Positions 41,461-53,185 of a stretch of 64,000 nt of DNA are shown here, piece by piece (position 1 is the first letter of the stretch; each line of letters begins with the position of its first letter). Location of the stretch: the NCBI RefSeq assembly GCF_006345805.1, contig NC_043012.1:52638001-52702000 (forward strand), written 5' to 3'. Origin of the DNA: Octopus sinensis (Eukaryota). The position numbers and the translations under genes were made by a program. The notes beneath the pieces were generated by a model. That model ran no database searches and was not told the origin of the DNA. It saw nothing but the letters and a program-made list of their open reading frames with translations.

Positions 41461-41635
41461 CAACCGGTAAGGTTTTGTTTGCGACCCGTATATAAGCAAT
41501 TTGCCAAAGTACACGAGGGAATATGTATCAGGCTTAAAAATAAATGCTGGCTTCGAGGTTCTCCTCTAAACCCTTCGAGGCTGTATCTCAGAATAGTCGT
41601 AGGCAGTAGACTAAAACAAGTCAAAGGTATATATA

Positions 41636-41693
<58 letters not shown>

Positions 41694-41872
41694 CCCACCA
41701 CCACTGCTTAGCAACCGGTAAGGTTTTGTTTGCGACCCGTATATAAGCAATTTGCCAAAGTACACGAGGGAATATGTATCAGGCTTAAAAATAAATGCTG
41801 GCTTCGAGGTTCTCCTCTAAACCCTTCGAGGCTGTATCTCAGAATAGTCGTAGGCAGTAGACTAAAACAAGT

Positions 41873-41961
<89 letters not shown>
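41441..41961. repeat. Tandem duplication, two units of about 250 bp, each unique core plus (TA)n(GT)n
   Basis: Core gtcccaccaccactgc...aagtcaaagg (about 187 bp) appears identical at 41441 and 41692. Confidence 0.9.
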
Positions 41962-41965
<4 letters not shown>

Positions 41966-41981
41966 CATACATATACATACA

Positions 41982-42543
41982 TTGGGTTGTCCGGAAAGTT
42001 CGTGCCGATTTATTGTAGCTTACCTTTCGACTTATTTTAAAACATGGTTGAGTCCATAAAATACGATTTGACTACACCTCCATTTAGAGCACAGTTTAAG
42101 CTATCTTTTCGTGGAAGAAGGTTTATGTTCCTATAAACTTTGTTAAGTCTGTAACCTTTAAAAATGGAAGATAAGAAAGTTCATTTTCGGCACTTGATGC
42201 TTTGGGAACCAGACAAAAATTGCTGCAGCTCGGCTGGGATTTGTTACCCCAACCTCCATATTCACCAGATATTGCTCCTTCGGATGCCCACTTATTCTGC
42301 TCACTGCAGGATAGTTTTAATGGTAAAAATTTCAATTTCTTAGATGACGTAAAAAGATATCTTGATGAATTCTTTGCCATGAAACCATCTCAATTCTGGG
42401 AAGAGGGTATTTTCAAGTTAAAGGAAAGATGGAGACGCATTGTACAACAAAATGGTTCATATTTGGTTGATTAAAAATGTAATGGTAAGTATTCATTGAC
42501 CTTTTTCTTTTCTCTAAATATCGGCACGAACTTTTCGGACAAC

Positions 42544-42547
<4 letters not shown>
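41982..42547 (+). mobile_element. Internally deleted mariner transposon
   Basis: 27-bp TIR ttgggttgtccg(g/a)aaagttcgtgccga with 1 mismatch; ORF 42202-42474 contains PPYSPDIAPSD and the mariner C-terminus; TA on the right flank. Confidence 0.9.
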
Positions 42548-42586
<39 letters not shown>

Positions 42587-42611
42587 CTGATCAACCACAC
42601 ATGCTTAACAT

Positions 42612-43196
42612 ATAGGTGATCTGTTATATAAGTATTCGGACTGTTGCCATTGTAACGAAGTTAAAGCACGCACTGTAAAGCCGCTTGATATAGCTTGACC
42701 TTGAACTCTGCTGTGCATGCGTACGAAAGTTTAATGTTCTAACTCACTCCCGCTGTTTACAGCAGTGCTTGGAAGGAAAGTGTGTAGCGTGTGATAGCCG
42801 CATTGACCATGACAGAGAAAGTTGAGCAGAGAATCTACATCAAATTTTGCCAAAAGGTTTGCGATACCTGTTCAGTAGTCTACGCAGTTTTCAATAAGTT
42901 TTCATCGTTCTTGACACAATCAAGATCTTGTGCAACTGAAACCCGGATGTCTTTTTTCTTTTTGTCAGCTGAAAGCAGTTTTGGTACAAACTTAGCAGGT
43001 ATGCGTCTCATACCGATGTTGATTCGACGATTTCCCCTCACAGCTACACGCACATCTGTGATGTTTTTCCTCATTTCTGCTGGTTGCTGGTCTCCCAGAA
43101 CGTTAATCAATATCGACATTTTTTTCGGCCAACTTGGAAATGTTTGAACCACTTGTAAACTTGTGTGCGACTGATGTGCTCCTCTCCATACACTTA
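42612..43196 (+). mobile_element. Second mariner family, 5' relic with internal inversion
   Basis: MTEKVEQRIYIKFCQK on plus (ATG 42809); continuation VYGEEHISRTQVYKWFKH...AKFVPKLLSAD...VSVAQDL on minus (43194 to about 42887). Confidence 0.75.
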
Positions 43197-43234
43197 CGCT
43201 TCACTCCTTTTTCTCTACGGTTAAGAGAGTGAAG

Positions 43235-43555
43235 GTGCGTGACCCCAATGGCTAGGGGCATTTGAGTCACGATCGTAAAGTCATGAGTGCGATTCCCGGC
43301 GGCACGCTGTGTTTGTGAACAAGGTCCTCTACTTCACTTTACTGCAGTCCACTCAGCTGGCAAAAACGAGTTTAACTGCAATTCAGAGAGGCCAGCCTTG
43401 TCACATTCTGTGTGAGGCTGAATCTCCCTGAGAACTACGTTATGGAATGCATGTCTGTGGAGTACTCAGCCACTTGCGCGTTAATTTTACGAGCAGACTG
43501 TTCCGTTGATTAGATAAACGGGAACCTTGTCGTCGTAAGCAACGGAGTGCCATTT
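43235..43555 (+). mobile_element. SINE family A-related variant (partial second copy at about 43830-43960)
   Basis: ccttgtcacattctgtgtgaggctgaatctccctgagaactacgtta...ggaaccttgtcgtcgtaagcaacggagtgcc matches the family A 3' half. Confidence 0.65.
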
Positions 43556-44319
43556 TTTAAAAAAGGGTTAAAGAAAAGGAAAGCTTCCATACCGTAAGGC
43601 AAAAATGTCACGTGTTTAGTATAAGCAGTGAAAACTAAGACGGAATAATTGCTATTCCGTCTTGTGATCACCCTCGACTCTCAGTTTGACAACAACAGCT
43701 GTTAGGACTGGATCAACACCCTTAGTGACCCAAACGACTAAAAAGATTTTCCTGCCCTTATATAGGATCTTTTTCATCTTCTTCCAACCACCTGAAGATT
43801 TATCTTGCTCCAGTCCACTAGGCTGAACAAAATGAGTTGTAGCTGTAATTCAAACGGGACAGCCTTGTCATATTCTAAGTGAGGCTGAATCTCCCTGAGA
43901 ACTACGTTAATGGTATGCATGTCTGTGGAGTACTCAGCCACTTGCGAGTTAATTTTATCCTCATGTGGTAATAAAAAGTGAAGGGGGCATCCAATATTTG
44001 CTGTAGTTACTTGTCTCTTCGATTTAACAATGAGTCTATGTTTCTATATATCAAATTTCCTTCCAATCTATAAATCAACTTTTCTTCCGATCTATATATC
44101 AACGTTTCTTTCGATTTATGTATCAACTTTTCTTCCGATGTATTGGTATCTGAGTACGTATCACCATCACAACTTTCTCTGTCAATGCGACGATCAAACG
44201 CTACACACCTTCCTTCCAAGTACTGCTGTAAACAACGGAAGTGAGATGAAACGTTAAAACTTAGTACTCATGCACAGCAGGGTTTAAGGTCAATCTGTAC
44301 CAAGTGACTTCACTCTATA

Positions 44320-44700
44320 GGTGTGTGGTAAGAACCCTGCTTACCAACCACATGTTTCAAGGTTCAGTCCTACTGCGTAGCACATTGGACAAGTGTTTAC
44401 TACAATAGCTTCGGGCCGACCAAAACGTTGTGAGTGGATTTGGTAGACGGAAACTGTAAGAAGCCTGTCGTATTTTATATATTTATATATTTGTGCCTTT
44501 GTTTACGTCCCCCACTCCGCAACCATCGCTTCGCAACTGATGTTAGTGTGTTTATGTCCCTGTGACATAGCGGTTCAGCAAAAGATACTGATAGTATAAG
44601 TACTAGGCTTACAAAGAATAAGTCCTGAGGTCGATTTATTCGACCAAAGGTGGTGCTCCAGCATGGCCGTAGTCAAATGACTGAAACAAAACAAAAGAAC
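44320..44700 (+). mobile_element. SINE family C
   Basis: Same head, gtgagtggatttggtagacggaaactg block and 3' tail as 1672-2100. Confidence 0.75.
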
Positions 44701-45884
44701 ATATATAATAGTGGAAATTCAGATTACAGCGAGAATGTCTACTACCAATCAGATTGGTTCTGCCTTCTTTCAAAAGAAGATAGCCGGCACCAACACCAGC
44801 TTGTCCTGAAACCCGGACTGTGGATGTAGAAATTTTTGTGTCCTGAAGAAGCTGCAAGTAACTTATATAGTTATATGAAAACAAGGAGAAAGTTCATAAA
44901 AATGATATTAATAGAAAAGATCAAAGAAAAGTTGACCTTTCATATATATATATATAAGTATGTGTGTGTGTGTATGTATACTAACATATGTATACTAACA
45001 TACGTATATGCATGTGTACGTTCACACTTACACACAAAAGCATGCACATTCATACAAATACACACACACATGTACGCATGCACATAGATAGATACATACA
45101 TACATACATAGACTTTGAGGTCATTAATGGTTGCTTATGTCAACATATATAACAAGAATTTAACATTAAATTGAAGGATTACTCAATACATTTTAGTAAG
45201 GTAAATGTCTATGAAGTTTTTCAAAGAAAATCATAACAGTGATTTCGAAGTTTCATACTGATTTTTATTTGGTTTCATTTTGGCTACACGTTGTCTTTTA
45301 CAAGTTGAGTTATTTGTGGAAAATGGCGCTACATGAACGATAATTTGGTCTGGTGTTAGAAAACAGTGAAAGTAGTTGTTCACGCAGAAGGAATATAGAA
45401 GGATAGGTAAAAATTATGTGTTTGTGGGGTGTGAGTTGGTCAAAAGAGATGTTGAGATTTATTTTGGTTTGATAGAGGAATTTTATTATTTTCCATCAGA
45501 TGTGAATATAAGACAGATGTCTCAAATTCAGTTCACACTTTTCGTTGCATGGAAAAGTGTTTTACGTTGTTTCAATGTTCATAGAAGGATGTTTGGAAGG
45601 ATGCTTGATAAACCAGTTAGTCATAAAGTATAGAATCGGTGTTGGTATTATTAGATTTCTGATAGGACATTTTGAACTATGCATTTTGAGAAGTTTAGAA
45701 GTGATGAGGAGATGCCACTATACATACGTATGTATGTAAGTATGTATGTATGCTTGCATGTATGTTAGGCATATATGCATGTATGTATCCATATATATTA
45801 TATAACATATATATCCACTCACACATATATATATAGATATATAAACGATAAACGTCGCCCTTTTCAAGCCTAGCCAGGCTCATG

Positions 45885-46160
45885 GGTCCGGTTTCCCGGT
45901 TTCTGCGGCGTATGTGTTCCCTCCAGCTGGACAGGACGGCAGTCCATCGCAGCGTTACTCAAGAAACAGGAAGAAAGAGTAAGAGAAAGTTGTGGCGAAA
46001 GAGTACAACAGCGGTAACCACGAACCCCTGCCAGAACCTCGTGGAGCTTTTAGTTGTTTTCGCTCAATAAACACACGCAACGCCCGATCTAGGAATCGAA
46101 ACCGCAGTCCTCCGACCGCGAGTCCGCTGCCCTAACCACTGGGCCATTGAGCCTCCACAT
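45885..46160 (-). mobile_element. SINE family A-headed variant with a different 3' part
   Basis: ggaatcgaaaccgcagtcc...ccctaaccactgggccattgagcctcc head on the minus strand. Confidence 0.7.
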
Positions 46161-46225
<65 letters not shown>

Positions 46226-46798
46226 ATATATATACTCTAATATATATATGCACATACATGTGCACGCGTATGTCTGTGTATGCGTGTATGTATTTTGCAC
46301 GGGTAACTAGCATGGTATCTCTTAGTACAGAAAAATGTATCTAACGGAGATATAATTATTTTGTATTGCAGATATTTTGAAAATCTAGCAGTTACTTAAG
46401 TTTTAGTGTTCACGACCGTCATATGAAAATTGGGGTAACTAGTATGCAATCGAAAGCCGTTTGGATAGGGTAAACCATAAAGATTTAAGTATTTGTCTAA
46501 ATATGACGCCATAATATGTGAAATATTTGTGTGTAGTATTGAGTGGAGAAATCCTTTAAATTTGTTGAATATTCTGTGGATATTTAAGTAATGTTAGAGA
46601 CTTGAGGAGGAATAAAATTTTTTCTGGAACTTTTTGCGTTACTTTATTTTTTATTTAATTTTAAGGTAAATAATCGTAATATACAAATCAAAAGCAGCGG
46701 TTAAATGAAATTAGTAGTGAAATGGAAGCAAAATAATTCAATAAGCAGAAAATTAATTCAGAAAAGCAGAGCAAAAAAAAACAGCTCTCCCTCTCTCT

Positions 46799-46835
<37 letters not shown>

Positions 46836-47822
46836 ACTTTCTCTGTCTTTTTCTCTCCTCATATATATGTATATGCGTGTGTGTGTATATATATATGCAA
46901 AACTATAAACGTACATACATATATTACATACATACATACATACATAGACCCATACATACCTGCATACATACATACATGCATGCATAAATACATACATACA
47001 TGCAAGTATATAAAAATACATGCATGCATGCATGCATGCATCTATACATACATATATACAAGCATACAAACATACATACATACAAACATACATGAATGCA
47101 TACAAACATACATACAGACATACATGCATACATACAGGCATACATACATACATGCATACATACATACATATATACATATATACATAGATACATACATACA
47201 TGCATGCATGCATGCATACATACATACATACATACATACATACATACATACATACATACATACATACCTCTTAAACAATAATCATTCAGAAGAATTTTTA
47301 ACTGCTTAAGTCAATAAAATTTCACAAATGTCCACAAAAATTTTCAATATATTTTCCAAGGAATTTTTTTTCCCACAATACTACGCAATAATCCTTCAAA
47401 TATTAGAGACTATCTTTTAATCAAATATTTAATTCCCAAATGCCTTATTCCGACTACGATGCCTCTGATGCCTCACCATCACTCCACTTCTTACGCCCTG
47501 ACAAGATGCTACTTTTAATATCTATTTTATATTTTCTGTATATCTCCATTCCTCAATTTGCTAACCATCCTAAATGTAATGGCTGGTAGTACGGTACATG
47601 ATTTAGTATCCACAATTCAAATGATAGACTTATTTGCGTACCTGTAATCATTGGTGAATTAAGTTATATTACTAAATGTCTTAGACAAAAGTTTGGATCT
47701 TATGAAAAATCATAAAGTCACCAATTCTCACGTACTTTGCTACTTGAGTTTGTGAGCTACATCGCAAAAGGAGCAAGACCTTACTGAAATAGAACATATA
47801 AGTATTTACCATAAATACTGTC

Positions 47823-48046
47823 TAAATTCTGTTATGTCTGGAGAGAGTCATTTTCTTTTTGTGCCTTATAATTTAACACACTCACCGTTAAAATTTCCAC
47901 TATTTCATTAGTCTATTGAAAAGGTTGCAAGACGCAACGAAAATTTTAGGAAAATAAAAATAAGAAATAAGGGGAAATTTTACCGGTGAGTGTGTTACAT
48001 TATAAGGCACTAAAAGAAAATTACTCTCCCCAGACACAACAGAATA
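47823..48046. repeat. Long inverted repeat (about 85-bp arms) enclosing a hammerhead-like variant
   Basis: Arm 47823-47905 is the reverse complement of about 47965-48046; same family as 24657-24745. Confidence 0.75.
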
Positions 48047-48558
48047 TGCTTCAACACACGAACTCAGATAAAGAATCTTGCAAACCAAATCCAAAAACGA
48101 AATATTGTCTAAATGCTTTCCTAGAAATCACCCTGCTGTCATTTTTATAGGAAAGAATAAAAGAATACATAAAAAAACGAACATATATATACACATGTAT
48201 AAATGTGTAAGTGTAAATCTATGGATGTATGTGTGTGTGAGCGTGTTTGAGCGTTTGTGTGTGTTTTGATGGAAGTGCATCTGTATTTGCATGTATGTGA
48301 ATGTGTGTGGGCGCACACGTGTGCGAGTGTGTTTAGTTTTGTCTATGCATGTCAACATTTACATATATACAACCGTCCATATACACACACGCATAAATAT
48401 ATATATATATGTACCCTTATATTTCAATATATGTCTGTATGTCCTTATGCATATATGTATATATACATACACACGCATACACACACACACATGCACACAC
48501 ATACACACACATCTATATACAGCGAAAGAGAGATAGCTAGATATAAAAATAGACAGAC

Positions 48559-48559
<1 letters not shown>

Positions 48560-48600
<41 letters not shown>

Positions 48601-48614
48601 GGATAGATAGATAG

Positions 48615-48647
<33 letters not shown>

Positions 48648-48648
48648 G

Positions 48649-48695
<47 letters not shown>

Positions 48696-48696
48696 G

Positions 48697-48743
<47 letters not shown>

Positions 48744-48744
48744 G

Positions 48745-48795
<51 letters not shown>

Positions 48796-48803
48796 GGATA
48801 GAT
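48560..48803. repeat. (GATA)n/(GGAT) tract abutting the 3' end of Tx1-like copy 1
   Basis: Direct reading of the sequence. Confidence 0.95.
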
Positions 48804-48876
48804 ATGTTTCTTTATTAGCCACACAGGGCTGCACACAGATAGAACAAATTACAAGGTAGAGCTTTTCTTTTGAAGG

Positions 48877-48910
<34 letters not shown>

Positions 48911-51900
48911 AAGGGGGAGGTTCGATCAAAAGGGATCGTAAAAGGAGAGAAAGAGGACAAAAATAAGGGGGGTTAAAAAAAAAAAAAAAAAAGGGGGGGG
49001 GGAGAGGAAAAAAAAATGATCAATAGGGATCGTTATCACAGAAATGTCAATATGAAGTGTAAAGGGGAGGACAGGTGAGGTTTACCCGTGGAAAGAAAAG
49101 CCTGCGGAAAAGACCACGGTAACTTCGGTCAATGAAGTCACATTTTATATTTCTTTTTTTTTTTTTTTTTTGCAAATAAGCAACTCTCTGTTTTCGATTT
49201 CTGGGTTCATAGGACAATGCTCAAGGTGGCTTCGTCATTCATACGTGCCATTCTTGCTACATTCACCCATCTTTTTTTAAAACATTCGCTAGACAAAACT
49301 TGCCTCTCTACTCTCACTTTCCTTTTCAAGTGGTACTTGAAGAAGTTGATGAGAGATTGACCAGAGAGGAAAGTGTTTGTCTCCAATCCTTTCAGACGCG
49401 TCCACCAGATACATTCCTTCGCCATAGCCACAAGGATGATGAAAATAGCTCTTCCTTCCCGTTTGAAGGAAGGAGGCGTGACAATATTGACGATAGACTC
49501 AGCTGATAAACCGACTCGTCCCACACGTGACAGCAGTTGTTCGACATAAGCCCACAGGTCGGAAATTGTTGGACACTGAACGAGTGCGTGCAGAACGGTT
49601 TCGTCGCTCTGACCGCATCTCGGGCAGGTCGGCCCCGTGTTTCTCGAGCCGTGTCTGTAGAGCTTATCCCGAACGGGTAGCGCTTCTCGGTAGCACTGCC
49701 AGGCCAGGGATCTCTGGAAGTTGTCCATGGGCCCTGGCCCGAAAGTCGTCCCGAACAGGCGGGTCAGGTACTCCTCGTCGACGTCCAGGTTCGCCCCGAG
49801 CTCGTCGTCGTACCTCCCCTCCACTAAACCCCTATAGAATGCTTTGGTTGTGTTGAAGTCACTTAAGGTCGACCCAGGACGGCAGAGTTGCTTGAGAGCA
49901 ACGCGACACTCGCGGTGCCATTCGCCCTTCCTCGGCCTCTTTTTGATCCACGACTGCAGTTCGGTCATGGAGACGAGCTGCGGGAATGCGTGCCTCACAA
50001 ACGGCGACCACACCTGTTCACCGTCGTCTACATAGAGCCAGAGATGTCGCAGTCTCAGCGCGTGTCTGCGCATCATCAACCACGGCATGCCCAGCCCTCC
50101 TTTTAACGGGTGTTGACAGCAAATGGATCGCCTGACCATCGGGACGCATCCTTTCCACAAGAAGCGAAAGAGGATGCGTTGTAGTTTGGTGATGGTAGGG
50201 TCGGGACAAGGTACGACGGTCAGGCGGTAGTAGATGACGGACGCGATGTACGTGTTCGCCACCTCCGCTCGACCTTTTAGGGACAGTTTCCTCTCGGCCC
50301 ATTGCCGGGCGAGAGTGACCACCCTACTCGTTATCTCGTTCCAGTTCTTCTCCACTTGGAGGTCCGGACCAAACCAGACCCCGAGCAGCTCAACCGGGCC
50401 GTCGGTCCAGCGTCCCACGACGGAGGCGCTGGTGGACGGCATGGGCTTGCTTCTCCAGGTGCCTAGTCGCAAGCCCACTGACTTTTCCCGGTTGATTTTC
50501 GCTCCTGTCACCGCTTCGTAGTTTTTCAGTGTCTCGCCGACCAGCTCGATGTGCTCGTGGCTAGACACTATGACGGTGACGTCGTCCGCGTATGCAGACA
50601 CGCTCGTCCCGCATCCCAATTCTCGCGGGATGCCCCTTAGAGTCGCCAGCTTCCGCAGTAGTGGCTCAAGAGTCAATACGTATAGAAGCGCCGAGAGGGG
50701 GCATCCCTGACGGACCGAACGTGCAATGTCGAAAGGTCTCGATAGATGTCCATTTACGCGAATTACCGAACGGATGCCTCTGTACAAGGCAGCTATCCAG
50801 CCGCGGAAGACGGGACCGAAACCAGCCGCTCTCAGGACTGCCTCCAAGTATCGATGGTCTACCCTATCAAAGGCTTTTGATTGATCCAAGTTGATCAGGG
50901 CCCCACCCATGCCAGGTTCGTTAACTACCCTGTCTATGATGTAGCGCATCAGATGGGGGTTGTCATGGATGGTCCGGCCTGGCACGGCGTATGTTAGCGC
51001 CTTGTCGACCAGTTTCTCGATGACAAGCGCCAACCTCTTGGCTAGCACCTTGGCCAAAATTTTCAAGTCTGCATTAAGCAGAGTGATGGGCCTAAAGTTA
51101 TCTATTACATTTCCCTTGTTTAGATCTTTCTTCAGCAGTGTTACGGCTCCTCGGCTCACAAAACCGGGAATGCTCCCGTTTTGCTGCCAGTTGCAGTACA
51201 CCGCCGCCAAGAGATCTCCAAACAAGTCTGGCATACAATTGTAAAGCTCGTAGGGTAGACCATCCAAACCCGGTGATTTGTCCCTCGAGCATTCTGCCAT
51301 CGCTTCCCGCACTTCCGCCGCCGTGATGGCACCTTCGCAGCACCCTGCCTTTCTTGTCGAGAGTCGTGGTAGGCTATGTAGGTAGGCACTGAAGTCCACC
51401 CTACGTTCTTGCCCTCCACTCGTTCCGAACAGTCGGGCAAAATGCTGCTGAAAGGCCTCACACATTTTACTTGGCTCGAGCAATTCGCGCCCCTGTTCAT
51501 CTACCAGTGACCGAATGGTGGCTTTGTTGCCCTGTTGCGCCTCTGCCACCCGGGCCTCTCTCGCGGCTCCAACACCTTCGTTCCCTAGAGCACGCATCCT
51601 AGCTCTGACAGCACATCCTTCGTGTTTGGCGTTGAAGTGTTGGTCGAGGGCCAACCTCGCCGCCAAAACGTCGGATGCGATGCCGCTTCTAATTGCCTCT
51701 TCTAGCTTCTTAACTAGCTCACCCTCTACTCTATTTCTATCTATGGCTAGTGCTTTGCTGTACCTAGTCGCTTCTGCTTTTACTGCTCTCTTGAGGGCAA
51801 ACCACCATTTGTTGTTGATGATGGCTCCCGTCAAAGCCCTCTTTACTAGTGTGCTAATCCGGTCTCTGAAAACTTGTCTCGATGGGAAAGACGCGTTTAG

Positions 51901-52330
51901 TTTCCAGTATCCGGGACCCTGCCTAAGTGTCTTACCTAAGTCTAGCGTACATGTCACAAGTTTGTGATCCGTGTAGCTGACTATGTGGAATTGTGGACAT
52001 CCTATGCTATCTCTATCTACTGTCCTACACAGTATCCTATCTAGATACGATCTCGACGACCCGATGCGGTTGCTCCATGTCCACGTTGGCGCATTCGGGT
52101 GGTCTAGTCGAAACCTGCCAGACAGTTGAAAGCGTCTGAGCAGGTCTCTGAGGCATTTGCATCCCCGTCTATTCCTATCTCTACCCACGTAGTCTACATG
52201 CGTGTCCAAGGTAGCATTCCAATCCCCCACTAAGAGTAAAGGACGAGACGTTCCCAAGAAAACTTCTAGACGTTGAAAGAAATCCGCCCGACCTGTTAAG
52301 GGCGGTGCGTAAACTGATACGAGCCGAAAA
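48804..52330 (-). mobile_element. Tx1-like (L1 clade) LINE, copy 1, 5'-truncated within the endonuclease domain
   Basis: AATAAA just before the (TCTA)n tract; about 400-bp U-rich 3' UTR; ORF2; GATA repeats on both flanks. Confidence 0.92.
49207..52257 (-). CDS. Tx1-like ORF2 (partial APE endonuclease, reverse transcriptase, CCHC knuckle), 1016 aa open frame
   Basis: LLVGDWNA, TWTW, SYLDRI, TDH (APE); FRPITLLNADLKILAK, LDQSKAFDRVDH, RQGCPLS, YADD (RT); CPRCGQSDETVLHALVQC. True start is missing; a frameshift lies near 52290. Confidence 0.9.
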   Translation of the reverse strand: MGTSRPLLLVGDWNATLDTHVDYVGRDRNRRGCKCLRDLLRRFQLSGRFRLDHPNAPTWTWSNRIGSSRSYLDRILCRTVDRDSIGCPQFHIVSYTDHKLVTCTLDLGKTLRQGPGYWKLNASFPSRQVFRDRISTLVKRALTGAIINNKWWFALKRAVKAEATRYSKALAIDRNRVEGELVKKLEEAIRSGIASDVLAARLALDQHFNAKHEGCAVRARMRALGNEGVGAAREARVAEAQQGNKATIRSLVDEQGRELLEPSKMCEAFQQHFARLFGTSGGQERRVDFSAYLHSLPRLSTRKAGCCEGAITAAEVREAMAECSRDKSPGLDGLPYELYNCMPDLFGDLLAAVYCNWQQNGSIPGFVSRGAVTLLKKDLNKGNVIDNFRPITLLNADLKILAKVLAKRLALVIEKLVDKALTYAVPGRTIHDNPHLMRYIIDRVVNEPGMGGALINLDQSKAFDRVDHRYLEAVLRAAGFGPVFRGWIAALYRGIRSVIRVNGHLSRPFDIARSVRQGCPLSALLYVLTLEPLLRKLATLRGIPRELGCGTSVSAYADDVTVIVSSHEHIELVGETLKNYEAVTGAKINREKSVGLRLGTWRSKPMPSTSASVVGRWTDGPVELLGVWFGPDLQVEKNWNEITSRVVTLARQWAERKLSLKGRAEVANTYIASVIYYRLTVVPCPDPTITKLQRILFRFLWKGCVPMVRRSICCQHPLKGGLGMPWLMMRRHALRLRHLWLYVDDGEQVWSPFVRHAFPQLVSMTELQSWIKKRPRKGEWHRECRVALKQLCRPGSTLSDFNTTKAFYRGLVEGRYDDELGANLDVDEEYLTRLFGTTFGPGPMDNFQRSLAWQCYREALPVRDKLYRHGSRNTGPTCPRCGQSDETVLHALVQCPTISDLWAYVEQLLSRVGRVGLSAESIVNIVTPPSFKREGRAIFIILVAMAKECIWWTRLKGLETNTFLSGQSLINFFKYHLKRKVRVERQVLSSECFKKRWVNVARMARMNDEATLSIVL

Positions 52331-52345
52331 GATAGATAGATAGAT

Positions 52346-52840
52346 ATGTTTCTTTATTAGCCACACAGGGCTGCACACAGACAGAACAAATTACAAGGTA
52401 GAGCTTTTCTTTTGGGGGTAAAAAGAGGGGGTTGGTTTTCGATCAAAAGGGATCGTAAAAGGAAAGAAAGAGGACAAAAAAAGGGGAGGATTTAAAAAAA
52501 AAGTGGGGAGAAGGAAAAAAAGGAAAAGAGGAGAGGGAAAAAAAGTTGATCAATAGGGATCGTAATCACAGAAGTGTCAATATGAAGTGTAAAGGGAGGA
52601 CAGGTGAGGTTTACCCGTGGAAAGAAAAGCCTACGGAAAAGACCACGGTAACCTCGGTCAATGAAGTCACATGTTATATTTCTTTTTTTTTTTTTGCAAA
52701 TAAGCAACTCTCTGTATTAATTTTTACGGTTCATAGAGTCATAGTCAGGGTGGCTTCGTCATTCATACGTGCCATCCTTGCTACATTCACCCATCTTTTT
52801 TTAAAACATTCACTAGACTAAACTTGCCTCTCTACTCTCT
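52346..52840 (-). mobile_element. Tx1-like copy 2 (3' UTR plus last codons)
   Basis: Same 3' end as copy 1; flanked by (GATA)n at 52331-52345 and 52844-53184. Confidence 0.9.
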
Positions 52841-52843
52841 AAT

Positions 52844-52923
<80 letters not shown>

Positions 52924-52982
52924 GATAGATAGACAGATAAATAGATAGATAGATAGACAGATAGCTGGATATATATATATAT

Positions 52983-53043
<61 letters not shown>

Positions 53044-53097
53044 CAGATAGATGGATAGATAGATAGATAGATAGACAGATAGATGGATAGATAGATG

Positions 53098-53184
<87 letters not shown>

Positions 53185-53185
<1 letters not shown>

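Noticed and set aside
49300-51967. Several plus-strand ORFs overlapping Tx1 ORF2
   Set aside because: Antisense or alternative frames of a GC-rich coding strand; no recognisable motifs.
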